From NCBI GenBank assembly GCA_964472875.1, contig CAYYMD010000005.1, positions 7,670 through 71,669 of the forward strand: 64,000 nt of DNA. Reading direction: 5' to 3'. Numbering within the stretch: position 1 is the stretch's first letter; every line of letters starts with the position of its first letter. Of the stretch, positions 46,386 to 56,367 are shown piece by piece. This DNA comes from an uncultured Planctomycetaceae bacterium. GTDB taxonomy: Bacteria > Planctomycetota > Phycisphaerae > SM23-33. Made by a program: the position numbers and the translations under genes. The notes beneath the pieces were generated by a model. It was not told where the DNA came from, ran no database searches, and saw only the letters and a list, made by a program, of their open reading frames with translations.

Positions 46386-47411
46386 TCAGCAAATCCGCGG
46401 CAGTTCTTCACCATAGGGCATGCGAATAATCCGCCGGCCGCCTATAGAGGTTACCATTTCCACGAAGGGATTTTCACTTTTGTCGCAGATTCGCCCTATA
46501 TTGGCCGCCCTGGAAGCGATGGGATGCCGCCGGAGCACCTCGACGGCCTTTTCGGCCGCTTCGCCGTCGACCACTGCCACGAGTTTGCCCTCGTTGGCTA
46601 CGGACAGCAGGTCGAGCCCGAGCATTTCCCCGGCCGCCAACGCCGCTTGGTTCATCGGAATCGCCTTCTGACGAATTTCCACATCCGCGCCAGCGCTTTC
46701 GGCCAGTTCAACCAGCGTGGCCGCCACGCCCCCGCGTGTCGGGTCGCGCATGAAGTGCACACTGTCGCCCAGCGACTCCAGCAGGTCGGCGGTCAACTCG
46801 TCAACGGCCGCACAGTCGCTTTGCAGTTCTCCGGTGAACTCCAGCCCCTCACGCAGGCACATCACCGCCAGGCCGTGCTCGCCCGGCGGGCCCGAGAGGA
46901 TAACCGCATCATCCTTCTTTATTCGCTCGAAACCAAGCGACGCCTCCGGCCGCAGTTGCCCCACGCCTGTGGTGTTAATGACAAGCCCGTCCAGCGCATC
47001 GCGCCCCACCACTTTGGTATCGCCGGTTACTATTTTGACACCCGCCTCAGCAGCCGCCCGCCCGGCCGAGGCCAGCAGGCGGCCAAGAAGTTCGATTTCC
47101 ATCCCCTCGGCGATGACAAGGGCAATGCTTATGGCAGCGGGCGCCGCACCTGCCACGGCCAGGTCGTTGACCGTGCCGCAGACCGCCAGTTTGCCGATGT
47201 CGCCGCCGGGAAATTCCAGCGGCTGAACAACGTAAGTGTCGGTGGTAAATGCCACCCGCCCGGCGTCAAAATCCAGCCCCGCTGCGTCGCTGAGGTGCTC
47301 GGCATCCTGCGCGCCGGCTTCGCCCAGCGCTGGGAGAATCACGTCGTGAATAAGTTCGGCGGTCAGTTGTCCCCCGCCGCCGTGCGCGAGTCGAATACGA
47401 TTATCCTGCAA
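46386..47411 (-). CDS. hypE: Hydrogenase maturation factor HypE
   Basis: AIR-synthase-related fold with the HypE N-terminus RIRLAHGGGGQLTAELI. Confidence 0.85.
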   Translation of the reverse strand: MQDNRIRLAHGGGGQLTAELIHDVILPALGEAGAQDAEHLSDAAGLDFDAGRVAFTTDTYVVQPLEFPGGDIGKLAVCGTVNDLAVAGAAPAAISIALVIAEGMEIELLGRLLASAGRAAAEAGVKIVTGDTKVVGRDALDGLVINTTGVGQLRPEASLGFERIKKDDAVILSGPPGEHGLAVMCLREGLEFTGELQSDCAAVDELTADLLESLGDSVHFMRDPTRGGVAATLVELAESAGADVEIRQKAIPMNQAALAAGEMLGLDLLSVANEGKLVAVVDGEAAEKAVEVLRRHPIASRAANIGRICDKSENPFVEMVTSIGGRRIIRMPYGEELPRIC

Positions 47412-47441
47412 ATCTGAACTCCGTTCAGGGTTGTTAACAAA

Positions 47442-48548
47442 TCAGCGATTTCTGTATTTATACGCGGCCGCGCACGCACCCTCGGAAGACACCATGCACG
47501 GCCCCAGAGGGCTGCGCGGCGTGCACCGCCCGCCGAACTGCGGACACTTGTCGGGGGCGATGCGACCGCAGATTACATCCCCGCAGCGGCATAAGTCCAG
47601 TTCGGATTTCTTCCTGTCGCGGCTTTCATCTCCCGGTTTTTCTTCCGCGGCAAGGTAAAATTGCTTTTGCGCATCGAAATCCGCGAACTCGCCGCTCGGC
47701 GACAGGCCGCTTTCGGGAATACGCCCCAGCCCGCGCCAGTCGGCGTCGCATGCCTCGAGGGCGCCGTTAACCATTTCCATAGCGTGCGCGTTGCCCCCGG
47801 CCGAGACGACCGGATACACAGTGCAGGCGGCGGGCCGCTGGTCGACAATTTGCCGCAAAATTTCCTCCACTCCGTAGAGAATCTGCCCCGGATCGAAACC
47901 TGCCACCACGCAAGGCCGGCCGTAATCGGCGGCTATCTGCTCATAGGCACGCCAGCCGATTATAACGCTGACATGGCCGGGACACAGGAAGCCGTCTATC
48001 TGAAGATCGCCGGAGTTCAGCAAAGCGTTCATAGCCGGTATGATTAATTTGTGCGCAGCGCAGACGGAAAAGTTATTCACTCCGTTTTCGCGTGCTCGGT
48101 TGAGGGCGATTACCGTCCCCGGCGCCGTGGTCTCGAAACCGACCGCCAGGAACACCACCTGCCTGTCGGGGTTCGCCTCGGCCAGTTCCACCGCCCGCCG
48201 CGCCGAGTAAACCACGCGCACGTCGGCGCCGTCGGCGCGTGCGTCGGCAAGCGAACCGTCCATGCCCGGAACCCGAACCATGTCGCCATAGGTGGCGATG
48301 GTTACGTCGTCGCGCTGGGCCAGAGACACGGCCGCATCTATATACGCCTGATCGGTTACACACACAGGACAGCCCGGACCGGATATCAACTCCAGCCCCT
48401 CCGGCAGCAGAGATCGCAGGCCGCTGCGCGCGATGTTCATGGTGTGCGTGCCACAGACTTCCATTATCCGCACCGGCCTGCCGATGCTTTCGTGCAGATG
48501 GTGTATGCTCTCAAAACGAGCGTTAATTTGTTTATTGCTTGTCGTCAT
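47442..48548 (-). CDS. hypD: Hydrogenase maturation factor HypD
   Basis: Conserved motifs CGTHT, GPGCPVC and the C-terminal Fe-S cysteine cluster (CRCGDVICG ... CPQFGGRC). Confidence 0.9.
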   Translation of the reverse strand: MTTSNKQINARFESIHHLHESIGRPVRIMEVCGTHTMNIARSGLRSLLPEGLELISGPGCPVCVTDQAYIDAAVSLAQRDDVTIATYGDMVRVPGMDGSLADARADGADVRVVYSARRAVELAEANPDRQVVFLAVGFETTAPGTVIALNRARENGVNNFSVCAAHKLIIPAMNALLNSGDLQIDGFLCPGHVSVIIGWRAYEQIAADYGRPCVVAGFDPGQILYGVEEILRQIVDQRPAACTVYPVVSAGGNAHAMEMVNGALEACDADWRGLGRIPESGLSPSGEFADFDAQKQFYLAAEEKPGDESRDRKKSELDLCRCGDVICGRIAPDKCPQFGGRCTPRSPLGPCMVSSEGACAAAYKYRNR

Positions 48549-48771
48549 TGTCCGCGGGCGTGACGTTCATTTCGGCCAGGACGTCGAAGGTTTCCTTCGC
48601 CTGTTCGGCGTCGATAACTGTTATGGCGAAGCCGGCATGAACCAGCACCCAGTCGCCTGCTCCGGCATCGGGGACAAGGTCCAGCGACACTTCTTTCCTG
48701 GCGCCGCCGAGCGTGACGGTGGCGCGATTCGACGTTTTCTTCTCAATTTGTACCGGTACTGCAAGACACAT
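48532..48771 (-). CDS. hypC: Hydrogenase maturation factor HypC
   Basis: 79 aa with the N-terminus MCLAVP that is diagnostic of HypC/HupF. It overlaps hypD. Confidence 0.8.
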   Translation of the reverse strand: MCLAVPVQIEKKTSNRATVTLGGARKEVSLDLVPDAGAGDWVLVHAGFAITVIDAEQAKETFDVLAEMNVTPADNDDKQ

Positions 48772-48775
48772 TATT

Positions 48776-51145
48776 TTATTCCTGTTGTTTGCCTGTTAAC
48801 GCCTGCGACGGCGCTTGTTTGTTTTGCGCTATTCTTGCGGCGGCTACAATCGCCTGCCCCAGGGCCACGCCCCCGTCGCCGGGTGGGATAATCCTGTGAC
48901 GGATGACCTTCAGGCCCTTATCGGACAGCAACTCAATAACGCGGGCAGTCAGATATCTGTTGGCGAAGCAGCCGCCGGTAATGGCTACGGTCTCGAGGTT
49001 TGTTTCCTCGGCGGCGCGGACGGCGGCGGCGGTCAGAAATTCCGCGACAGTATTATGAAACTTCGCCGCAATTACCTCCGATGTCATCCCGCCTTCCAGG
49101 TCCGCAATTATATCTCTTACCATTATACACGGGTCTATGTGAAATTTCACGGTGCCGGCGGCTTCGACGATTTCAAATCCGTAGGAAGAATCGACGCCTT
49201 TTTCCACGGCCGCCTCGAGCTTCATGGGGGCTTCGCCCTCGTAGCGGTTTTTCTCGGCCACGCCGGTCATCCATGCCACGGCATCGAATAACCTGCCCAG
49301 CGAACTGGTCGGCGGGCAGTTGACGCCGGTCCGCAGCATCTCCATGGCCGCATGGATGTTTTCCGCTTCGGCTCGGCCGCGACACGCCGACATGCGCTCG
49401 GCGCAATCCGACCCGAATGCTCCATGCAGCGCCGCAAGCGCCGGCCGCCACGTCTGCACGGCCGCGGCGTCGCCACCGATAAGCGGCATCTCCTTCAGGT
49501 GGCCAATCCGTCGATAAGAGGCCAGGTCGGCGCGGAGAATTTCACAGCCCCACACGCCCCCGCCCGGGCCGTACCCTACGCCGTCACACGCAAGACCGAT
49601 GACCGGGCCATTGGTGGAATTCTCACCCAGGCACGCGGCCACGTGCGCGTGGTGGTGCTGAACCTTCTCAAGCGGCAGGTTGTCATCCTCGCTGCGCCGG
49701 GTAGCGTAGCGGCTGGAGAGGTACTGCGGATGCAGGTCGGCCGCGATGAGCGACGGCTCAAACTCGAACAGTCGACAGAGGTGTTCGATGGTGTCCGTAT
49801 AATGGCGATAGGTTCTCGAGTCGGTCAGGTCGCCGATGTGCTCGCTTATCAGGGCGCGGTCGTTCTGTATCAGGCAGAACGTGTTGTTTAACTCCGCCCC
49901 CACGGCCAGAATGCGCGCATCGGCGATGTTAAGACCCTCCAGCCGCACCGGCCTCGGCGCATATCCCCGCGCGCGACGCAGCAGGGCCGTGGCACCGTCG
50001 GTGTGCAGTTGCGCGACGCTGTCGTCGAGGCGGCGGGCGATGGGACGGTCGTGGATCAGGAACGCATCGGCAATGTCGCCCAGCAGGCGCAGGGCCTCGT
50101 CGTTGTCCTTGACCAGCGGCTCGTGAGAGAGATTGCCGGATGTCATCACCAGCGGCAGTTCGCGGACCGCCTCCTCGGCAAACAGCAGGTGATGCACGGG
50201 CGTGTAAGGCAGCATCACGCCGAGCGTGTCGAGGCCTTCGGCCACGCCCGCAGCGATATCGGCCTCCTCGCGGGTCGGCATGATGACTATCGGCCGCAGC
50301 GGCCCTTCCAGCAGGCGCGCGGCATCTTCGCTGACGCGGCACAAACGCCGGGCGCCGGCAAGGTCAGCCACCATAAGCGCGAACGGCTTGGCATCGCGGC
50401 GCTTCCTGCGGCGAAGGCGCGCCACGGCCTGTTCCTCGTCGCCGCGGCAGGCCAGGTGAAAACCGCCCAGCCCCTTGATGGCCAGTATTTTCCCGTCGCG
50501 GAGTATCTCGGCCGCCGTGGCGAAGGGCGACTCGGCCTGCATCTGCCGGCCACGGTTATCGCTCAGCCATACTTGTGGGCCACAGTCGGGGCACGCCACC
50601 GGCTGTGCGTGAAACCGCCTGTCGGCCGGGTCGTCATACTGTGATTTGCAGAAGTCGCACATCGGGAACGCGGCCATCGTCGTATTGGGGCGGTCGTATG
50701 GTATGCCGCCAACGATGGTGTATCTCGGCCCGCAGTTGGTGCAGTTTATGAATGGGTAGCGGTAACGTTTGTCGGCCGGGTCGAACAATTCCTTCAAACA
50801 CTCGGCGCACGTGGCGGTATCGACGGTCACCTGCGCTTCGGCCAGGCCGGACTCGCTGGATGGCACGATGCGAAAGTCGCTTTCACCGGCGCGCAGCTCG
50901 ATTTCCCGCCGGTCGCACGAGGCGATTTCCGCAAGCGGCGGCAATTCGCTGCCCAGTCGCCGGGCAAAGTCGTCAACGGCGTTCCTGTGGCCCTGAACCT
51001 CGATGAGCACGCCACGGGCGTCGTTGGAGACCCGGCCGGTAAGACCAAGCCCCGCCGCCAGGCGGTACACAAACGGGCGGAAGCCGACGCCCTGGACCTG
51101 TCCTGTGATGCGAAAGCGGCTACGAATTTTTTGCTGGTTGGCCAT
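48776..51145 (-). CDS. hypF: Carbamoyltransferase HypF
   Basis: An acylphosphatase domain, two CxxC zinc fingers (CAEC ... CTNCGPRYT; CDFC ... CPDCGPQV), a YrdC-like domain and a Kae1-like domain, 789 aa in total. Confidence 0.9.
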   Translation of the reverse strand: MANQQKIRSRFRITGQVQGVGFRPFVYRLAAGLGLTGRVSNDARGVLIEVQGHRNAVDDFARRLGSELPPLAEIASCDRREIELRAGESDFRIVPSSESGLAEAQVTVDTATCAECLKELFDPADKRYRYPFINCTNCGPRYTIVGGIPYDRPNTTMAAFPMCDFCKSQYDDPADRRFHAQPVACPDCGPQVWLSDNRGRQMQAESPFATAAEILRDGKILAIKGLGGFHLACRGDEEQAVARLRRRKRRDAKPFALMVADLAGARRLCRVSEDAARLLEGPLRPIVIMPTREEADIAAGVAEGLDTLGVMLPYTPVHHLLFAEEAVRELPLVMTSGNLSHEPLVKDNDEALRLLGDIADAFLIHDRPIARRLDDSVAQLHTDGATALLRRARGYAPRPVRLEGLNIADARILAVGAELNNTFCLIQNDRALISEHIGDLTDSRTYRHYTDTIEHLCRLFEFEPSLIAADLHPQYLSSRYATRRSEDDNLPLEKVQHHHAHVAACLGENSTNGPVIGLACDGVGYGPGGGVWGCEILRADLASYRRIGHLKEMPLIGGDAAAVQTWRPALAALHGAFGSDCAERMSACRGRAEAENIHAAMEMLRTGVNCPPTSSLGRLFDAVAWMTGVAEKNRYEGEAPMKLEAAVEKGVDSSYGFEIVEAAGTVKFHIDPCIMVRDIIADLEGGMTSEVIAAKFHNTVAEFLTAAAVRAAEETNLETVAITGGCFANRYLTARVIELLSDKGLKVIRHRIIPPGDGGVALGQAIVAAARIAQNKQAPSQALTGKQQE

Positions 51146-51259
51146 GATTACACATTGGATTGAGCACTACATTGTACAACAATCGAGCGGGTATTGTGAT
51201 GTTTTGGGCAGGCGTAAGGTCCCGCGGACTTGTAAAAACCATCGATTGCGACGATACTC

Positions 51260-51904
51260 TTGGTCCGTATGGAAGACATCGCGCGAAAACTGGCCGGCAG
51301 GTTCATCGTCATAGACGGCCCGGACGGTGCGGGCAAGTCCACGCAGATGGAAATGCTCGCCGACCGACTGGAGAAAACCGGCGCGTCACTGGTGCGGACG
51401 CGTGACCCGGGCGGAACCGTCATCGGCGACAAGATACGGGATATTCTGCTGGACGGCAGGCACGATACAATGTCCGTCGAGTGCGAGGTGATGCTTTACA
51501 TGGCCAGCAGGGCGCAACTCGTGGCGGAGGTGATTCGCCCGGCACTTGCCGAGGGCAGGTGCGTGCTGTGCGACAGGTACATCTCCGCGACGGTCGCCTA
51601 TCAGGGCGCCGGCGGGGCCGACATAGACGCCATCCGCCGCGTGGGCGAAATAGCCGTGGGAGGGCTGATGCCGGATTTGACGATAATACTGGACATTCCG
51701 GCCGATGAGGGGCTCTCGCGCCTCGGCGAGTCGCCGGATCGTATGGAGTCCAAGGATGCGGCTTTCCACAGGCGCGTGAGGGAAATGTTCCTCGAACAGG
51801 CCGAACAGATGCCGGAAAGATTCGAAGTAGCCGAGGCAACAGGACCGCCCGAGAGTGTCCACAAAAAAATCCTGGATGCAATATCTGCATACCCTTGGGA
51901 ATGA
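51260..51904 (+). CDS. tmk: Thymidylate kinase
   Basis: P-loop FIVIDGPDGAGKSTQ, the DRY motif (LCDRYISATVAYQG) and LID-region arginines. Confidence 0.85.
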   Translation: MVRMEDIARKLAGRFIVIDGPDGAGKSTQMEMLADRLEKTGASLVRTRDPGGTVIGDKIRDILLDGRHDTMSVECEVMLYMASRAQLVAEVIRPALAEGRCVLCDRYISATVAYQGAGGADIDAIRRVGEIAVGGLMPDLTIILDIPADEGLSRLGESPDRMESKDAAFHRRVREMFLEQAEQMPERFEVAEATGPPESVHKKILDAISAYPWE

Positions 51905-52052
51905 ATTTAAAATTTCTTGACAAACGACATTGAAAGGTCGATATTATAAATAGGGATAAGGGAAATTTTGATTGGATAAATTATGGCTTTGTCTTACGCG
52001 TGACATCAATAGCAAGGCAAGGCCTTTTTATTTGTAATGGGGATATTTTGAA

Positions 52053-52691
52053 ATGAAAAAGAAAGCAGCCATATTAATTGACGGTGGGTTTGTTTTAAAA
52101 AGACTATACCTTCTTATGGGTAGAACATGTCCTGAGGCCGAAGATGTATATCGATTTGCACATGCATGCTTAGGGGATGATGAAGAAATTTTCCGAATAT
52201 ACTTTTATGATTGCCCTCCTTACGAAGAAAATGCCTGCAATCCACTTGATCCCGAGCACCCGATAAACTTCGCCGAGACGAGTGTAGCAATTCGTAACAG
52301 ACGTCCGCAGCAGCAACTTTCCTTAATGCCGCACGTCGCGTTTCGCAAAGGCGAACTTTTACTGCAAGGGTGGCGATTGTCAGGCAAGTTGCAGAAAGAA
52401 ATTATCAGTAAACACAGACCGATTTGTAAGGATGATCTTTCGCCCGAACTGCGTCAGAAGCGTGTGGATATAAAAATCGGACTGGACGTAGCATGGCTTG
52501 CTTCAAAAAGGATTGTAGACAGGATAATACTGGTAACCGGAGATACGGACTTCATACCGGCGATGAAATTCGCCAGAGGCGAAGGTGCACAGGTAGTGCT
52601 TATAACGATGGGAGTAAAAGTAAAATCTTCGCTCAGGGAAAATACTGATCTGATTAGAAAAGGTTGGCCCCTGCGCGATGATGAAGCGTAG
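52053..52691 (+). CDS. NYN-domain (LabA-like) putative ribonuclease, low-GC
   Basis: Acidic PIN-like motifs are spaced as in NYN/LabA proteins: AAILIDGGFV, RIYFYDCPPYE, VDIKIGLDVAWLA, ILVTGDTDFIPA. Local GC is about 40-45% against a background above 60%. Confidence 0.6.
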   Translation: MKKKAAILIDGGFVLKRLYLLMGRTCPEAEDVYRFAHACLGDDEEIFRIYFYDCPPYEENACNPLDPEHPINFAETSVAIRNRRPQQQLSLMPHVAFRKGELLLQGWRLSGKLQKEIISKHRPICKDDLSPELRQKRVDIKIGLDVAWLASKRIVDRIILVTGDTDFIPAMKFARGEGAQVVLITMGVKVKSSLRENTDLIRKGWPLRDDEA

Positions 52692-52705
52692 GATGGACAG
52701 ATAAA

Positions 52706-53857
52706 ATGCTTCAGTTTACGGACATAGTCGGACAGGATGAGGCGATTATGCGTCTGCAGGAGGCGATGCGGTCACATCGCGCGCCGCACGCGTACATCTT
52801 CGCAGGTCCTGAGGGCGTTGGCAGGCGGACCACGGCCGAGGCACTGGCCGCGACTCTGCTCTGCCACAATGCCGCGGAGGTCGATTCGCCCGAGGCGCTG
52901 CAGCGGGCGGGCATGGACAAAATAGTCCAGGCCTGCGGCAAGTGCAGCGACTGCCGCACAGTGGCCGACGGCACACACAGTGACTATCACGTCATCCGCA
53001 AGGAACTGGCCCACTACCACCAGGACGCCAACGTCCGCAACCGCAAGATGCAGGAACTGTCGATAGACGTTATCCGCAGTTTCCTTATCGAACTGGCCGG
53101 GCGCACATCCGCCGGCGGTCGGGGCAAGGTGTTCGTGGTGCTGGAGGCGGAACTGATGAGCACCGCAGCGCAGAATGCGCTGCTCAAGACGCTCGAGGAG
53201 CCGCCGGATGGGGTGACAATCATACTTGTATGCAGCCGACCCGAGCGCCTGCTGCCCACCACGCTGAGCCGCTGTTCGATGGTGCGGTTCGTTCCGCTGA
53301 CCGCGGAATTCGTGGCGTCGCGGCTGTCCGAGGCGGGCGCGGACAAGGAACAGGCGCGTTTCTGGGCGGCGTTTACAGGCGGGTCGCTTGGCCGCGCGAT
53401 GAGACTGTCGCAAAAGGATCTTTACGAGACGAAGACCGAAATCATCCGGCGGCTGGCCTCGCCCGCGCCCGGGGAGGAGATGGAATTCGGCGAGGAACTG
53501 GCCGGCATAATGGACAATTTCGCAAAGGACATGGTCAGCGATACGAGTCAACAGGAAGGGCCGGAACTGGCCAAGACTCTCGCCGACCGTAGGGCGGCCG
53601 CCGTTCTGCTGGGCATTATCTCATCGGCCTACCGCGATGCGATGAAAATCGCCGCCGCTGCGGAGGCGGATCTGACAAACTCCGACCAGGCGGACGCCGT
53701 TAGCGCCATAGCCGCCCGCTTCGATACGGTGCGCCTGGCCGATATCATCGAACAAATGGGACGCTTTGAGCAACTGCTGTGGCGTAACTTAAACGCCAAG
53801 ATAATCTGGTCGAACGTGGCCGTCACGTGCGCATCGGGCGCGCCGCTGAACGTGTGA
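52706..53857 (+). CDS. holB: DNA polymerase III delta-prime subunit
   Basis: AAA+ clamp-loader fold (HAYIFAGPEGVGRRTTAEALAATLLC), zinc module CGKCSDC and the SRC motif (LSRCSMV). It normally sits directly downstream of tmk. Confidence 0.75.
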   Translation: MLQFTDIVGQDEAIMRLQEAMRSHRAPHAYIFAGPEGVGRRTTAEALAATLLCHNAAEVDSPEALQRAGMDKIVQACGKCSDCRTVADGTHSDYHVIRKELAHYHQDANVRNRKMQELSIDVIRSFLIELAGRTSAGGRGKVFVVLEAELMSTAAQNALLKTLEEPPDGVTIILVCSRPERLLPTTLSRCSMVRFVPLTAEFVASRLSEAGADKEQARFWAAFTGGSLGRAMRLSQKDLYETKTEIIRRLASPAPGEEMEFGEELAGIMDNFAKDMVSDTSQQEGPELAKTLADRRAAAVLLGIISSAYRDAMKIAAAAEADLTNSDQADAVSAIAARFDTVRLADIIEQMGRFEQLLWRNLNAKIIWSNVAVTCASGAPLNV

Positions 53858-53949
53858 ACACGGAGGGTTACACTTGACCGTGATAAACAAGGGCGAATAT
53901 CATTCCATGGCGAAGCCATGTATTAAAACATTGGTCATCGGAGCCAAAC

Positions 53950-54579
53950 ATGAAATCTGCTGAAGTTCCCAATCCGGTCGTAAGAAGAATCAGTCTATAC
54001 TTGAGACAACTCGAGGAATTCTCGGCACGCGGCATGGAGAAGGTCTCCAGCAGGGAACTGGCCGAGAGTCTCCAGCTCAGCGACGCCCAGGTACGCAAGG
54101 ACCTGGGGTACTTCGGACATTTCGGGCAGACCGGCGTGGGATATCAGGTCAGCGATCTCGTGGACGAACTCAAACGCATACTGGGCACGGATCGAATGCA
54201 CGAGGTAGTGGTTGTCGGCGCCGGCGACCTTGGCAGGGCGTTGTTGCGATACAAGGGTTTTGTGCCGAAGGGATTCGAACTCGCGGCGGCGTTCGACGTG
54301 GCGGCGGGCAAGGTCGGCAAAAAGGTCGGCTCTGTTCCCGTCTATCACATGGACAAACTCAAGGATGTAACCGCCGAACACAACGCGAAGCTGGCGGTGG
54401 TGACCGTTCCCGCCGAAGCCGCCCAGGAGGTTACCGATGCGCTGTGCGAGGCGGGAATAAAGGGAATACTGAATTTCGCCCCCACCACAATACAAACGCC
54501 TGCGGAAACCGCCGTTTACCAGGTTGATCTCGCGGCGGGACTCGAACAATTGTCTTTCCGCCTGAAAGATAAAAACTGA
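53950..54579 (+). CDS. rex: Redox-sensing transcriptional repressor Rex
   Basis: Winged-helix N-terminus (RRISLYLRQL ... SSRELAE) and a Rossmann NADH-binding domain (VVVVGAGDLGRAL). Confidence 0.85.
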   Translation: MKSAEVPNPVVRRISLYLRQLEEFSARGMEKVSSRELAESLQLSDAQVRKDLGYFGHFGQTGVGYQVSDLVDELKRILGTDRMHEVVVVGAGDLGRALLRYKGFVPKGFELAAAFDVAAGKVGKKVGSVPVYHMDKLKDVTAEHNAKLAVVTVPAEAAQEVTDALCEAGIKGILNFAPTTIQTPAETAVYQVDLAAGLEQLSFRLKDKN

Positions 54580-54729
54580 CCCGCGGCTGATGTAGCTGTC
54601 GACCGCTCAGTGCCCGAGTGCGCATATATTACGATGGATGACTATGGTTCGGACGAATAAGGCAAAGGGGACTTTTCGGAAACGTCCGACTCACCGGGTG
54701 AATAATCCGGCGTCGACCCGAACGTTAGA

Positions 54730-55041
54730 CTACTGTCCCGGTCCTTTCTGCTCCATGCCTTTCTGAAGTTTGATTTTCATCAAACGGCCGGCCTTGAACT
54801 TGACCGCCCGGCGGGGTGGAACTTTTACTCTTTCGAGCGTTTTGGGGTTCTGCGCGATGCGCTCGGCGCGATCCTTGGTCTCGAATACTCCGAAATCACG
54901 GAACTCCAGGCGGTTGCCCTTGCCAAGTTCGTCTATGATTTCGTCGAGAAAACGCTGGACCACTTCCTTGACCAGAATGCGTTTCGTGTCGGCCTTGTCG
55001 GCGATCCTGTCTACCAATTCCTTCTTTGTTACTGTATGCAT
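54730..55041 (-). CDS. HU/IHF-family nucleoid DNA-binding protein
   Basis: MHTVTKKELVDRIADKADTKRILVKEVVQRFLDEIIDELGKGNRLEFRDFGVFETKDRAERIAQNPKTLERVKVPPRRAVKFKAGRLMK shows the HU-fold arm motif. The start is placed at the internal Met. A Lys-rich tail follows. Confidence 0.65.
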   Translation of the reverse strand: MHTVTKKELVDRIADKADTKRILVKEVVQRFLDEIIDELGKGNRLEFRDFGVFETKDRAERIAQNPKTLERVKVPPRRAVKFKAGRLMKIKLQKGMEQKGPGQ

Positions 55042-55198
55042 AGCGTCACCCTTTGCCTGGGTTAAAAGAACCTTATGCTTAACCTTCGACCGGAATCCAC
55101 TCACATGGCAAAACCATGATATGCCGGTTATTTCCAACGTGCTAAATATATATTATGGCATTACCTATCAACGCCACAAGAAAAATTTTACGTATTCT

Positions 55199-56251
55199 TT
55201 ACGATTCTTCGTCGGGAAGATCGCGGCTGTGGCGGAGGTCTTCGAGTTTGTCAAGCGGTTTGCGGAGCATGTTCGTGCGTGTGGTGCGGATATTTTCGTA
55301 TGTCCGCGAGACCGTATCGAGCTGGCTGCCGAGGCGGTCTATCTCCTCATTGTATTTCTGCCACTGCTTGTCGAACTCGTGTAACAGGTTCATCACCTCG
55401 TCGGCCGCGCGCATGAGATTGGCGCTTTCGGCCGACTGGCGAATCACCGCCAGCATGGCGTACAAGGTCAGCGGGCTGGCCAGGACGACCTTGCGCGACA
55501 ACGCCTGGTCTATCATGTCCGGCCCGGCCTCCAAGGCCAGTGCGTAAACCTGCTCGCTCGGTACGAACAATATCACGTAATCGACCGTTGGTATTTTCTT
55601 GTCCACGTAACCGCGCGACGATACGGCGCGGACGTGTGAATTAAGGTCCGACACGAGTTGTTTGCAGGCCGCCTTGATTGCCTCGTCGGTTTCGGCGTCG
55701 AGGTAGGCCTTGTACGCCTCGAGCGGAAATTTCACATCCATGTTGACCTTCAGGTCGTTGGGAAGGAAGAAGGTAAAGTCCGGCCGGTCGTTGCCCGTGG
55801 CGTATTGGCTGTCCTGCTTGGCATAGTTTATACCCTCGGCCATGCCCGCCAGCCGGAGGATGTCCTCGGCCATGCGCTCGCCCCACGCGCCTCGCCGCTG
55901 CGTGCTTGCAAGCATGCGGTGCAGTTCTCCGGTGGTCTGCGAGAGTGTCTGAAGTGATTTGTCCAGTTCGCCGAAGTCCTGCTTCCTGGAAGACTCCACA
56001 CTTTGAAGGTATCCGCGCACGTGCTCGAGGCGGTCGTTGACCGCCTTGATGGCCTGGTCGATGAGTTCCTTCTTGGACTCCATCGCGGCCGCGGTCTGTG
56101 CGGCCAGGCGCTGCGAGTTGGAATCGAGCGCTTCGGTCGCCAGGGCCTTGAAGGCGTCGCGCGAGCGGGCGTAGTACACCCTGCCGATTATAAATACAAG
56201 CGCTGCGCTAATAACCGCACCCATCAAAAATCCGATAATAAAGTAAATCAT
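55199..56251 (-). CDS. rmuC: DNA recombination protein RmuC
   Basis: N-terminal TM helix, a long coiled coil and the C-terminal RmuC nuclease-like domain (VDYVILFVPSEQVYALALE). Confidence 0.8.
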   Translation of the reverse strand: MIYFIIGFLMGAVISAALVFIIGRVYYARSRDAFKALATEALDSNSQRLAAQTAAAMESKKELIDQAIKAVNDRLEHVRGYLQSVESSRKQDFGELDKSLQTLSQTTGELHRMLASTQRRGAWGERMAEDILRLAGMAEGINYAKQDSQYATGNDRPDFTFFLPNDLKVNMDVKFPLEAYKAYLDAETDEAIKAACKQLVSDLNSHVRAVSSRGYVDKKIPTVDYVILFVPSEQVYALALEAGPDMIDQALSRKVVLASPLTLYAMLAVIRQSAESANLMRAADEVMNLLHEFDKQWQKYNEEIDRLGSQLDTVSRTYENIRTTRTNMLRKPLDKLEDLRHSRDLPDEES

Positions 56252-56367
56252 CTTATTGTCTGAAGGTATTGTATTGCCCGGCCGGCCAAATAAAAAGCCC
56301 CCACGCGGGAAACGCAGGGACTTTTATTAATTAGTCTTTATCCGCATTAATCTCTCGTACATCCCCG

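Noticed and set aside
46524-47417. 297-aa plus-strand ORF and 169-aa ORF 46717-47226
   Set aside because: They are antisense to hypE.
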